Shown here: piece after piece, positions 1-12,664 of the stretch | Layout: each line of letters opens with the position of its first letter | How positions within the stretch are numbered: position 1 is the stretch's first letter | Assembly: GCF_006345805.1 (NCBI RefSeq) | Contig: NC_043011.1 | Location: forward strand, 42,358,464-42,422,463 | Source: Octopus sinensis | Taxonomy: Eukaryota | Direction of reading: 5' to 3' | Length of the DNA stretch: 64,000 nt | Made by a program: the position numbers and the translations under genes | Notes under the pieces: model-generated | The model's input: only the letters and a program-made list of their open reading frames with translations | Told to the model about the DNA's origin: nothing | Database searches by the model: none

Positions 1-2305
1 CAGGAACAAATATCATCTGTTAGTAAACAAATACAAAATATGGGGAAGATTGAGATTTAGTGATATTCATGCCCTTACCAAGAGTGTTAAATATATTTAA
101 AGAAATTTAATTACATATTTTGTTGTATCTTAGGAAGGTCATTATGCTAATAATAAACACACTGGTTCTATTTCACTTCTTTAATATTTATTAGTCAATT
201 GGTTAATCATTTGACCAACTAACTATTTTATCAGTTAATTGGTTAAATAGTTAACCCAATTGACAAATAATAATGAACTGAAATGTAACCAGTGTGTGTT
301 TGCTATTGGCATGATCCCCACAAGAGGCAACAAAATATGCTTTAGCACACAAGTTCACATCAAAAATTTTGCAAACCAAATGAATTATAAATACTGTAAA
401 GATATTCAGATTGCTAACAAAATTGTCCTATATTTGAATGCGTTATTTGAATATTATTTCAACAAACAAGTTTATGAGTTCAATCTTAACTTCAAGAATC
501 AATTTTTTTCTCTTAAAGACAAAAAAACAAAAAGAAAAAGGGGAGAGGTTGACAGCAGAAGATAACCAAAGATTTATGGAGTGTAAAGAAAAATGTCAAC
601 ACTATATTAGAATTTTAATGATTGATATGTTTAAAAAAATGGTTAATTAACAACATCTGTGCAGTAGGTGATCGAATTTGTGAAGCAGAACAACAGAAAA
701 CAGGGATAAGAAATCATGTCAAACAATTCACCAGGAGCTCACCAACCTAAATAAGTGAATTTCCAATATCAACAATGGAAATGGCAGCGTCTACCTTGTG
801 TACAAGGCCATCAAGTTGCAAAGATAGGCTGTAAATAAACAAATCAAAACACTTCCCTATCCCTCAATACATAACTAGTATGAATTTTATTGTTCCCTGA
901 AGGATTAAAAAACATCTAATTTTGGCAGGATTTGAACTTTGGAAAATATAACAAAACCAAATACCACAAGACACTATCACTTTCCCCCACCTCACTGTCC
1001 TACATGATTTCTCAGAAATTCACTAATTTTAAGAGGAATGTAATAATTTACATCCTTACTTTTTTACTGGTTTTAGTCAATGGACTGTGGCCATGCTGGG
1101 GCACAGTCTTCATCAACACCAGAACCTATTTCACTTCAAGAGTATGAGGCTTGAAGGGACACAGCAAATAAACACCCCCTACACACACCTCATGACTAGC
1201 TTCTCAACAGATTCTAACATCCTGATTCCATCCACAAGAAACATGAAAGTTTTAATAGAAAAACCACTCACCTAAAGTGCTGCACAGTAGGACTGAACCT
1301 GAAGCCACTAGGTTGTGAAGCATTACCATTTACCATCTGAGGCATTGTCATTCACGCTTTGTGGTCATTATAACCTGACCATTCCCGTGCTCTACAGTCT
1401 GTGGCTTACAAATTCATAGTCATAAGCTGTATCCACCCAAAGATTACTTCATTGCTAAAAACAAACACAGTTCACATTAATTAGAGCTAATTAACTTTCA
1501 ACGAGCAAAAGAGTCCAACTTCCACACACTGAGGACTGTAGGTACTTCCTAACCGTATGGTTGTGGATTCAATCCCACTGCAAGGCCATTAGACAAAAGT
1601 GTCTTCTACCAGAGTCCCAGGTTAAGCCAAAACTGTGTGAGTGCAATTTGGTAGAAGGAAACTGTGTGGAAGCCTACCAAGGAGATTGATCCTGTTCTAG
1701 TGGTGGTGGTGTTGATTTAAGTTAACATCACCATGAGCTGGCCCTTCAGCAGAGAACACTCTCTTGCAAGTGCTAGGATTGAACCTTCAGCCTGGAGATA
1801 ACCCCATCCTACTTGTCTTGGAGCCTTGAAGACAGCCACACAGACACCACCCTTCTTCCACTTTCTAGGCACACGTGCGCAAAAAAAAAAAAAAAAAAAA
1901 GACGGCATTTGACTGATATTTTATCACCATCCGAAGGATGATAGGAAAAGTCAACCTTGGCAGGTTTTAAACTTCAAAACAAAGTAAACCAAATAAGGCA
2001 ACCGAGTCAATTCCCCTCGCACTGCCACCTTTTACTAATTAAACTAATTACAACAAAATATTATTTGTCCAGACATAACAGAACCACATAAGTGAGGAAA
2101 TATAATGTAGAATTATTATAATGGAATGTTAGTCTTTTTGGAGATCATTCCAAAACAAGGATTTATTTTGATTTTGAATAATGAACACACACTGCCTGCA
2201 AAGTTGGAGTAAAGTTCTTGGACAACTGACCATTTCTGGGGAAAGTAACTCAGTTAAATGTTAAGTGCAGAAAAAAAAACAAACAAAAAAAAATCCAGCT
2301 TCATA

Positions 2306-2408
2306 TCAAGCAAGCCGCCCACGCGTCAAGCACGCCGCCCACACGTCAAGCAAGCCGCCCACACGTCAAGCAAGCCGCCCACACGTCAAGCAAGCTGCCC
2401 ACATGTCA
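2306..2408. repeat. 20-bp GC-rich tandem repeat, 5 copies
   Basis: TCAAGCAAGCCGCCCACACG. Confidence 0.95.
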
Positions 2409-3448
2409 TGTGGTCTAGTCACAAAAACAATAAACTCAAGTCATGTAAACTACTGCAGATAAAAGTCTAAAGATTTCTAACAATGGATCACCAAGTCAGA
2501 GAGAATTATTATTGAGAGAGGTAAATGTGGAATATTCACCTCATTTAGATAATTCCTAGATCTACCATCTGGGAACCTACTCACCCTATGATCCCAAGTC
2601 ACTGACAACTGCTGCTGCTGATACTACTACTATAGGTATTGGTTTGTAAACAGGTAACTACACTCTCCTCACCTTAGTTTGTCAGACTTATAAACAGATT
2701 CCCTTTCTGTATGGTTGCAAGCTACAGGTGAAAGGAAGAGTAGCCAGGTGTTAGAAATCAATTTACCCTTGCAAGAAGAATACATAAAAAGAAAAAAAAA
2801 ATGAAGATTTTACCCAGACAAACAGGGAGGAAGTGGTAAAAAATGAGAACAGAATTTAACCAAGTCAAATGACCAGATGCAGTTGTATCAAGAAACTTTA
2901 TGAACACAATTTACCCACGCATGTTACTGGTACTCTTATTAACCTACCTCACCCCACCTTAGATCTGCAATAACACAAGGCAGATATCTGTCAAGGTTTT
3001 GAAACTGAGATCAATGAAAAATTAAAATTCTATGAAAGATCTGTAATTGGGAACCTCAACCATGACCTTCCTGCATTTAATAATTATTCCCTCACATTAA
3101 TTATTTTAATGAGAACACTTTAGTTGGTCCTGGCACATAACTGGTACATATTTCATATGTAGAGTAGAATCTAGTTGATCTTAGGATATAACTGGTACAA
3201 GATCAAAGTATGTTTTTTATTAACTTAGGAAGGATAACAGGAAGAGTTGAAACTAGAAGCTAGAGGTTTGAAACTGAATATTGTAAAGTGGTGCTTGGAC
3301 ATTTCTGTTACTCCACCCAACTTTCTGGGGACACAACTAAATCTGCTCAATATATGACAAGACAATATATATCAACACATGGAGGCTAAGATGGAACTTC
3401 TTTGTATACAGAGTGGACGGGACAAAGGTTCTTTGGAGATCTGTTCAA

Positions 3449-3637
3449 CCCTTTCGTTACTGTATTTCTGTTGAGATGCTCTGTTTCTTTCAATTACTTT
3501 AAATATAACTTGAAATTAGTAAAATAACTTAGTTATCATTCAGCTAGTGTTAGGAACGTAAATTTTGACTAAGGTTTGGTGAAGACATTCGTACTACAGA
3601 GCTAGAGCCGGTTTCAGCCGGATTGGTAACGAAAGGG
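3449..3637. mobile_element. piggyBac-type MITE
   Basis: TIR CCCTTTCGTTAC/GTAACGAAAGGG; TTAA on the right, TCAA on the left. Confidence 0.8.
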
Positions 3638-4165
3638 TTAAGTGTTTCATGTAGCTTAGTTCTCTCAAAAGCTACATGTTTATGGCAAAGCAACAAACAC
3701 AAACTCCTAAGTGTCACTATTCAATAAAAATTGCCTATGTGAGAGGATCTCTCATGGTTAATAAGTGTTCCATGTTCCAACAAGATTTCCCCGGTAATCT
3801 GGATACAAAGATTACCATTTGCTATTAATACTGCTTCTATTCCTAATCTATTCCTGTTTCCATCCCTAACAATTAAATGAGAATAAATCTTCTTTAAACA
3901 TTGAATTTACATATTTCTCAATGATACTATTTGTTATAAAATTTTTAACCAACATAGAAAAGTTATTTGTACACCACACCAAGTCATACCACAAATATTC
4001 CTTCAGCCCAAACATTAGTCCAACAATATATACATTCATATTTACAAAACGGTAGGGGTTTTTTTTTTCAAGAATATTAAATTTCTTCTTTAAATAATCA
4101 CAGTTGCTTTTTTTTTTTTTTTTTTTTTGCTTTTTTTTTTTAAAGAAGTTCCAGCAACCTGTAGT

Positions 4166-4651
4166 CTACTGAAATCGATATTTAGTTTTGAAAGTTGAGT
4201 ACATCAGTCCTGTAGACGAGATTGCATCACCTAAACCGACAGTCCTCTTGGGATGTTGACAGACCAGAACAGGGCTGAAGACAAAGTGATACCCTTCCAA
4301 ATCCCATGATATCACTGGCCGTTTCTCATCAAGAGAGCGTGGTTCGGCATTGGAATGTAGGCGGAATGCTTTGGGAATCTTTAGTTTCACATCCTCAGAT
4401 ACCAACCGCTCTGTATTACAAGCTTGCCGCCCTGCTATTTGAGTGCCAGCAGCTGCTGCTGACTCGCTGTTTTCCCAGGCGTCAGGCACGACCCCTACAA
4501 TGTGGTAAGTCAAGGAGTGGAAATGAATGCGAGTCAGTCGGGATGCTGGGAAATCCTTTTTGGAGTAGCCAAAGTTTTTTAATAACCACAAGATTATGTC
4601 GGAGACTTTATGGATTTCCGGCTGGTTGACAGCAAAACCTGAAGAACTGTC
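4166..4651 (-). CDS. ADPGK: ADPGK last coding exon (...PEIHKVSDIILWLL...RIHFHSL...PVLVC..P.RTVGLGDAIS...YRFQ*)
   Basis: Contains the catalytic GLGD motif; stop at 4166-4168. Acceptor is cattgcag|GAC (4651) or alternatively aaccag|CCG (4621), both phase 0. Confidence 0.92.
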   Translation of the reverse strand, partial: DSSSGFAVNQPEIHKVSDIILWLLKNFGYSKKDFPASRLTRIHFHSLTYHIVGVVPDAWENSESAAAAGTQIAGRQACNTERLVSEDVKLKIPKAFRLHSNAEPRSLDEKRPVISWDLEGYHFVFSPVLVCQHPKRTVGLGDAISSTGLMYSTFKTKYRFQ

Positions 4652-5786
4652 CTGCAATGAGATGACAGAATAACAACTTGGCTGTTTAAATACATGCACA
4701 TTAGAAATGCACTTACATACTACACCTGCAAGAAAAAAAACAACAAAAACAAAAGTGAAATGGACAAACCAAGGAGAGCTATTATATGAGGGGTTCTTGT
4801 TCCTTTTACAATTCCAGGCCCTTAAAACATTGCCTAATGTGTCCTCGTATCTGGTTTTCCATAGCATTAAAATCATTATCAATCTTTTTGAGTGGTTTTG
4901 TTTTACTTTATAAATGGATAACCAGTAATAATAGAAGAGGAGAGAAAACCTCAAAGATTTTGATATTTAAAGAAAGCAATACCAGAGATTGTGGTCAGTA
5001 CTCCTAGGTGTACGGGCATTCCTGGTGAAGAAATCCTGTTCTATGTGGTTACTTGAGTTTCTAAAAACAGTAGCCGAATCACTTTTTTATCATTACTTAC
5101 TGACTTAAAGGAAGTGTTACATTGCATATGTCCAAGATACGCTGTGTCTAAATAAAACAGAAATAATGACAGGATGGTCCCAGCTAGAAAGCATTTAATC
5201 AAGTCCCTCCACTGGAGCTGACTGAGAGCTAAAAAAGGGAAACAGGATGCTGTTTAATTAACAATCAACCACCAACATTGTTACAATTGGATGAGACAGA
5301 ATAACCATTGTTAGTCAGAAGAAAATGATTGAATGCTCATAGCATTTGTATAATGTCAGAGAGCGGGGAGAGAAGGAATAAGTTCTACATCCACAGGTAC
5401 AAACTGTCGTATTAGAGAAGTGTTTACCATTCTACGCAGAGAATTGTCCTACGTCCACCTGTGTGCACACAGGCATAAACGGCCATACACACACAAATCA
5501 GTAAATTGTCCCCCTACAGAGAGATGTAAATTATTCTACACATACAGGTGCACATAGTTCTATATACCGAGAGGTGTATACCATTTCACACACACAGGTG
5601 TTAATATATTACAGACCTCTTACAATTAAATCACAGAAGATTTCTAATTAATTTTTAAGCTATTAAGATTTTAGTCCCAAGTTGGTGTTCCATTTATTCA
5701 TATTTTATCCTGTTCAATGCCCTGCTTTGTTTCACAATTATCTTGTGTTACATTTTACTGTAAATTTATATATATATATACACACA

Positions 5787-5931
5787 TACAGAAGGAGATA
5801 TATTTAAGAGTTTACAAAGAATTTGAGAGGAACCAACCTGTTTTCCTAGCATTTTTTGTTTTGTCAAAATGCTAGGAAAACAAGTTGGTTGATCTCAAAT
5901 TCTTTGTAAACTCTTAAATATATCACCTGTA
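5787..5931. mobile_element. Hairpin MITE in a (TA)n tract
   Basis: ~59-bp arms with 3 mismatches, 10-nt loop, TA flanks. Confidence 0.75.
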
Positions 5932-6431
5932 TATATATATATATATATATATATACATACATACTACCAAACAAACATGACTTTCATTGAACTCCTAATA
6001 CTTTTTGTTGAATATTTTCTCAGATATTTCCTTGTAAACTGTTTTTAACAATTTATTATTATTATCAGAGAAAGTATATTTGTATTTTAATAGTTTTGTG
6101 ACAACAAGTACTTAACACAACAAAGCTTATACAAAGCTTTACATTTTACTTTTGACCATCTTTTTCACAAAAAGTGAAACCAGTCAAGTGAATAAACATC
6201 TTTAAAATTGCATTTTCAAATCTTCTTTCATATGTGTGTGTGGGGGTTGTATACTTTATTAATAAAGCTGCAAAGACAGTTTTGGTCCAAAACTGTCCAA
6301 AGAACGGGAACATGAAACTCTGAGTAAGTTTTTGTGATGTCTTTCCAGCTTTATCAATAAAGCATATTACTCTACCTCTGGTATTTGAGTACTATTTTCC
6401 CACCTTGTTTCACATTTATACGCTTACTCTG

Positions 6432-6462
<31 letters not shown>

Positions 6463-6788
6463 GTATGATAGGCACAAATATGGCTGTGATCATGATTTCA
6501 GGTTCAATTCCACAGCGTAGAACCTTGTGCCCGTGCCTTCTGCTATAGGCTTGAGAGTCAACCAAAGCTTTTGTGGATGGATTTGGGAGATAGAAATTGA
6601 AAGAAGCCTGTTCTATGCATGTGTAGATACACTCTACAGCGGTTAGGAAGTAAGGAGAGGTAAACTAGTGATGAGAAGTCCCTTCAGTCTTGTTATAGCG
6701 TGGGCTTGTCAATGTCTCTATTGCTAGTGCCACAAGAAAATACAGCACACTCTTGAGAATAGAGCAGTAAGTATTAAAACAAGGTTAA

Positions 6789-7446
6789 AGTCTGGTCATA
6801 GAGTGGGTATCAGCCTTGTAGACAGCTCATCAGACTCTATACAAAAACAAATTTAACTTTTCACCTTGCAGAAGTGGAGAAATGCTAGGACAAAATGGTC
6901 AAACAGTTGTAAGAGAAAATCGTTATGAGGATGGGTTATGACCCCTGGACCAGAGGATAAATGGAAGCTAGGATCTATTTTGTTAAGGTCCTTATTAGCC
7001 TGAACAGCAAACAGGGAGACCGAATTTTCCAGTAGGTAGCACTTGAACACATTTTGAGAAAATTTCTTTACGATTATTTAACACAGAGCAAACAAAAATT
7101 CTTAAAAACTATACTAAGCCTGGTGCATTAAATAATCAAAGAAGTTCTCTCAAAACATGTTCATTTCATGTGCTATCTACTAGAAAATTGGGTCTCTCCG
7201 TTTGCCATTTAGGCTAAGAAGAGACCTTAATGAAATAGATCATAGCTTCCATTTATCCTCTGGTCCAGGGGAAATAACCTGTCCTCAATGTTTTTTTCTG
7301 ACAGCTATTTGACCATTTTGTCCTAGTATTTCTCTGCATCTGCGAGGTGAAAAGTTTAAATTTGTCTTTGCATTGAGTCTGATGAGTTGTCCACAAGGTT
7401 GTAGCTTCCCTAGATATGAAACCATTGGTCACTCTATGACTAGACT
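6789..7446. mobile_element. Foldback DNA element with long diverged arms, Kolobok-like termini
   Basis: TTAA|AG...CT|TTAA; terminal 16/17 IR AGTCTGGTCATAGAGTG; arms ~280 bp. A half copy lies at ~10240-10380. Confidence 0.72.
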
Positions 7447-7509
7447 TTAACTTTATGGTTTAACATGTGCTCCAGCATGGCCGCAATCAAATGTCAAACA
7501 AGTAAAAGA

Positions 7510-7612
<103 letters not shown>

Positions 7613-8058
7613 ACACACATTTTTATTTTCAATGACTGCCCACACACATTTTTGTTATAAAGTGCCCTGTGCCTTATATTTCAGTTACATAACCAGGGAC
7701 AGACATCTGCAAAACTGAGCAGTAACAGAGAGCAACCTCCACATCACAAATAATTCCATTATTATTGTATTGACTAGTTTCTGTCTTCTTAGTAAATTCA
7801 GACTCACACAAGCACATACATACACACACACCACCTTTTGCCATCTCCAAAGTGAACTAGAACACTACATCAAGTCATATCTACCAACCCAACATAATAC
7901 CTCCAACAAACTTACAAGCTGGTCGTTCAATATGTTACCCACTTAGCTGTTTCTCTTCTCACTCCCACCATATATGTCTATATTCACTTCTTATAATACT
8001 TGTTAATTAAATCTTAGATGTCATGTAAATTTCGTTTTCCTTTAAAACTATGTTCACA

Positions 8059-8261
8059 TTACCAACCACATGGTTCCGGGTTCAGTCCCACTGTGTGGCA
8101 CCTTGGGCAAGTGTTTTCTACTATAGCCTCGGGCCGACCAAAGCCTTGTGAGTGGATTTGGTAGACGGAAACTGAAAGAAGCCCGTCATATATATATGTA
8201 TATATATATGTATATGTATATATATGTATATGTATATATATATGTATATATATATATATAT

Positions 8262-8305
<44 letters not shown>

Positions 8306-8339
8306 GTATATATAATATATATATATGTATATATATATA

Positions 8340-8378
<39 letters not shown>

Positions 8379-8414
8379 TATATAATGTATATATATATGT
8401 ATATATATATATAG

Positions 8415-8475
<61 letters not shown>

Positions 8476-8485
8476 ATATAATATG

Positions 8486-8516
<31 letters not shown>

Positions 8517-8587
8517 GTAATATATATATATATGTAATATATATATATATATATAGTATATATGTATATATATATATATATATATGT

Positions 8588-8619
<32 letters not shown>

Positions 8620-8620
8620 G

Positions 8621-8689
<69 letters not shown>

Positions 8690-8692
8690 GTA

Positions 8693-8730
<38 letters not shown>

Positions 8731-8998
8731 CTATATATATATATATATATCTATATATATATATATATATCTATATATATATATGTTATATATATTATAT
8801 ATTATATATGTATATATATATATATAATATATGTATATGTATATATGTATATATATATGTATATTATATATGTATATGTATATATATATTATATATGTAT
8901 ATGTATATATGTATATGTATTATATATATGTATATGTATATATTATATATATATTATATATATAATATATATGTATATATATAGTATATATATATGTA

Positions 8999-9041
<43 letters not shown>

Positions 9042-9093
9042 GTATATATGTATAATATATATATATATATATATGTAATATATATATATATAT

Positions 9094-9140
<47 letters not shown>

Positions 9141-9349
9141 TGTGTGTTTGTGTGTATGTGTTTGTGCCCCTAGCATTGCTTGTGTGTTTATGTCCCCGTT
9201 ACTTAGCAGATCGGCAAAAGAGACCGATGGAATAAGTACTGGGCTTACAAAAGAATAAGTCCCGGGGTCGAGTTGCTCAATTAAAAGGCGGTGCTCCAGC
9301 ATGGCTGCAGTCAAATGACTGAAACAAGTAAAAGATAAAGAGATAAAAG
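8059..9349 (+). mobile_element. SINE family A with central microsatellite expanded to ~950 bp (8188-9140)
   Basis: Head half at 8059-8187 and tail half at 9140-9349 flank a TA-rich tract. Confidence 0.88.
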
Positions 9350-11041
9350 ATTAATCCTTTGACTACCAACCCACCTGAGACCATCCTTGCTTTTATGGTA
9401 CAAACTCTGTTTTAAAGTGATAAAAACTGAAACCTTTCATCAAAATTTCAATGTTATGTTCCAAACACCATCTTAAGAATGACAAAGTTATTTTACCAAA
9501 TTCTTCATGACTGACAAAATTAATTGAACAAAGGAAGTGAATTATCACAGAAATGTAGTAACAGAAAGATCCAATTGGTCTAAATTGAAACCTTCCATTA
9601 AAATTTCCTGTTAATTTATATTCTGAACACTTTGGGTAATCACGTACCTCCTCTATAACAAGACACCTGTTTCAGCCTCTTTAATTTCTCTGTAACACTC
9701 TAACCGTTCATCATCTGACACCGGGTCACTGCCTCCAATACCCCTTCCGTTATAGCAAGATACCCCTGTTTCTACCTCTCTGTCTCTTTGTAACACTAAC
9801 CCTTCATCCTTTGATACAATTTCCTCTCCTCAAATGACTCTGCCCCTCTCATAATTCCTCGACTTGCAAGCTGTGGGGGCCACTCAAAAGCACCCAGTCT
9901 GCATTGTAAAGTGGTTGGCATCTGGAAGGGCATCCAGCTGTAAAAATTATGCCTAAACTAACCTCGCCTGTGCTAGTGCCATGTGAAAAGCATTGAGTCC
10001 ACTCTGTAGAGTGGTTGGTGTTAAGAGGAGCAACCAGCCATAAAAATCCTGCCAAAACAGACACAGTAACCTAGGGTAGTTTTTCTGCCTGGCCGGCTCC
10101 TGTCAGCGGTCCCACCCATGCCAGCATGGAAGACAGACGTTAAACGATAATGATGAGTGGATGCATTTCAATAGAATTCATCATTCATCATCCGTTGTCC
10201 ATGCTAAGCGTGGTGTGTGAAATAAAGAAATTTTGTCAAAAGGTAGTCATTTCAAGTGCTACCCACTGGAAAATTTGATCTCCGTGTTTACTGTTTAGGC
10301 TAATACGAGACCTTATTCAAAGAGATCCTAGCTTCCATTTATCCTCTGGTCCAGGGCAAATAACCCGTCCATGGGTTGGCCGGAAGAATTATAGTAACAA
10401 AATGGTGAGAATCATTTCTCATCTTTCTTGATAAGAAATGTAGTTAATTTGGATTAATGAAATGCAAGTTGTGACTGATTTTAAATAGTTGATGCATTTT
10501 TGCATATTTAATTATTAATGGTTTCTTTCGTTGGTAATATTTACACTATGATTGTTATGATAACAAGATCAATATCTATTTTTAGATATTTGTAGATCAA
10601 AAATGAAAGACAATTAACATTTTTTACCAACGACTTAGAAGCACCAAGTAATTTGGCATTTTACAGAAAGTAAAAGAAATCTTGAACGCAGGTTAGCTGT
10701 GATAACGGCTTAGAAGATGGGGTAAATAACTTTAGAGAATGGAAAAGAAGTGGCTAGCAAGTCACTACTGAAAACTGAACCCTATACCTTTCAAATTCCA
10801 GCCAAGTACTCTGTATCTTTAAGTTAGGGGTCACTTAGCTTAATGGTACAGAGTGCTTGGCCAGAATTTGAAATGTGCAGGGTTCAGTTCTCTGTGGCTG
10901 CTTCTTGGCCATTTTTTCTCCATCTTCTAAGCCTTTTTTTATTTTTCACAGCTATCCTGTGTTTAAGATTTTCTGTAATAATAATTTTAAAAAATTCAGT
11001 TCCTTAACCAGAATCAAACAGCAGTCTTCAACTCTACTTAC

Positions 11042-11149
11042 CGTTGATATGAGAGAAGGGCCATCTTTGGTGTGAGGTCCTTTGCCTAGGTATGACAACT
11101 GTGCCAGTTCTACTTCATTCAGGCCAAGTGAAGAAACCAGTGGGATCAG
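11042..11149 (-). CDS. ADPGK: ADPGK exon 5 (LIPLVSSLGLNEVELAQLSYLGKGPHTKDGPSLIST)
   Basis: ttttgcag acceptor, ACG|GTAAGT donor. SLGLNE.EL ribokinase-fold motif. Confidence 0.94.
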
Positions 11150-11941
11150 CTGCAAAATAACAAGAAACTATTCAGATTCCAAATAAACCTCTCTTCCACA
11201 AACACATTAAAGTTCTTTAAGACTCAGCCCGACTCAATAGATCATACTTCACCTAATTCTTGCTCATATCCCCACAGACAGCCTTACACAGTCCACACAA
11301 GCTTCTACATGGCTGTTCAGCCTGCTTGAAATATTTTATATCCTTGACAAACGTTGGATATATAATTTAATGAAGCGGAGCTAAAATCAATGCATTCACA
11401 TGACGTACTTTGCAAGACTCCAAAACAGCCTCTCAACAACTCCTACCGACCTCTTGTCTCAACCAATAGGCTACTCTTTATAAGAGTTTGGCTAGTCCAT
11501 TCTTCCAATCCCCCAAGGGTGTCAAGGATGCTCGCCACAATAAAACAATATCTATCTCTCTCAAACTACATCCTACTGTCTTAATGTAACAACACAGCTG
11601 ATAGAGCATAATGTGATCCCAGATACATTATACTTGGGAAAGACATAAAGGTGGGATGGTCACAACTGGAATGTCGTTTTATTATAGTTTTCCTTGACCA
11701 GAGCTGCCTTTGAAATAAACAACAATCTAATGTTTAAATTTTCACATGACTCATGTTTGGTTTTTCAAAAAATTCATTAACAGACTACAAATGAACTCAA
11801 AGAATATTCTGCCACCTTGCATTCTTGAAAAACAATCAAAATTGCGACCCCCCACTCCCACTTGCATACACTCACAGAACTGAGACCCAAACTCAGAACA
11901 ATGAAGGACATCAGCTGTAAAAAATAGAATATATTACTGAC

Positions 11942-12358
11942 CTTTTTGAGCAATGATGTGACAAAGTTTGGGTCCGTCATGCTAGCCAGTTCCAGATGTA
12001 CAGGAACAGAGATAGGGAGCATCTGGAAGTGTTTGGCAAGTTCTTTAACCTTCCTCTCACCGAGTTCAAGATCTTGTACTGAGAATGTGTGCAAACCAGA
12101 GAAGACAATCAACTCTGGCTGATAAATCTCTAAAGAACTGAAGAAGAATTTCATGAGGGCTTCATTGAGGTTGGCTAAGTTGTTGTTGAGAATGAAACGG
12201 TTAGCCACAATGCTGGTGTGGTTGCCCCACACATCACCTACTTTGTATTCTAGAATCAGGTGAACCTCATCCTCTGACAGCAAGCTCTCTTTGGGAACGT
12301 CAATGTTTTGAGGCATCGCTTCTCGGACACTGGGGCCAATGGGACCAACATATTGCAC
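11942..12358 (-). CDS. ADPGK: ADPGK exon 4 (VQYVGPIGP...HLILEY...ANRFI...SGLH...VHLELASMT...LLKK)
   Basis: 417 nt, phase 0-0, ccccag and AAG|GTCAGT boundaries. Several conserved ADPGK motifs. Confidence 0.96.
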
Positions 12359-12598
12359 CTGGGGAGAGAGAGAGATAAAGGTTTAGAATAATACAAAACA
12401 AATTTTTGAGTTTAGAAGAAGGGGCAGTGCTCATGAGCCTTTGCAGAATCTCTAAGAAAGATGAGCAAGATGTCATTAACGCCATTTAGAATTGTTACAA
12501 GTCAACATTTGCAGGAATGACACTGAAGGAGGGTAAAAAAAAAAAAAAAGCAAAACAGAAGTGACGTGTGATAGAATAAGAGAGGAAATATAGCATAC

Positions 12599-12664
12599 CT
12601 TGACCTCAGGAAAATTCAATGCAATTTTGTTGGCCATTAACAAAGCATTTCCACCTAAATATTT
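12599..12664 (-). CDS. ADPGK: ADPGK exon 3 (KYLGGNALLMANKIALNFPEVK)
   Basis: 66 nt, found by manual translation (below the ORF-track cutoff). ttttcag acceptor, AAG|GTATGC donor, conserved GGNA motif. Confidence 0.93.

Noticed and set aside
4108-4141. A-tract just after the ADPGK stop as a retrocopy poly-A
   Set aside because: The gene has introns. It is a genomic A-run that may cause internal oligo-dT priming.
4652-4954. N-terminal ~100 aa of ORF 4166-4954
   Set aside because: Intronic read-through upstream of the acceptor; no ADPGK similarity.
7379-7385. CTGATGA as a hammerhead core (also 33273-33279)
   Set aside because: No correctly placed GAAA and stems.
8429-9314. YI-rich ORFs (also 7453, 47123, 61237 and others)
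   Set aside because: Translations of (TA)n/(CA)n microsatellites.
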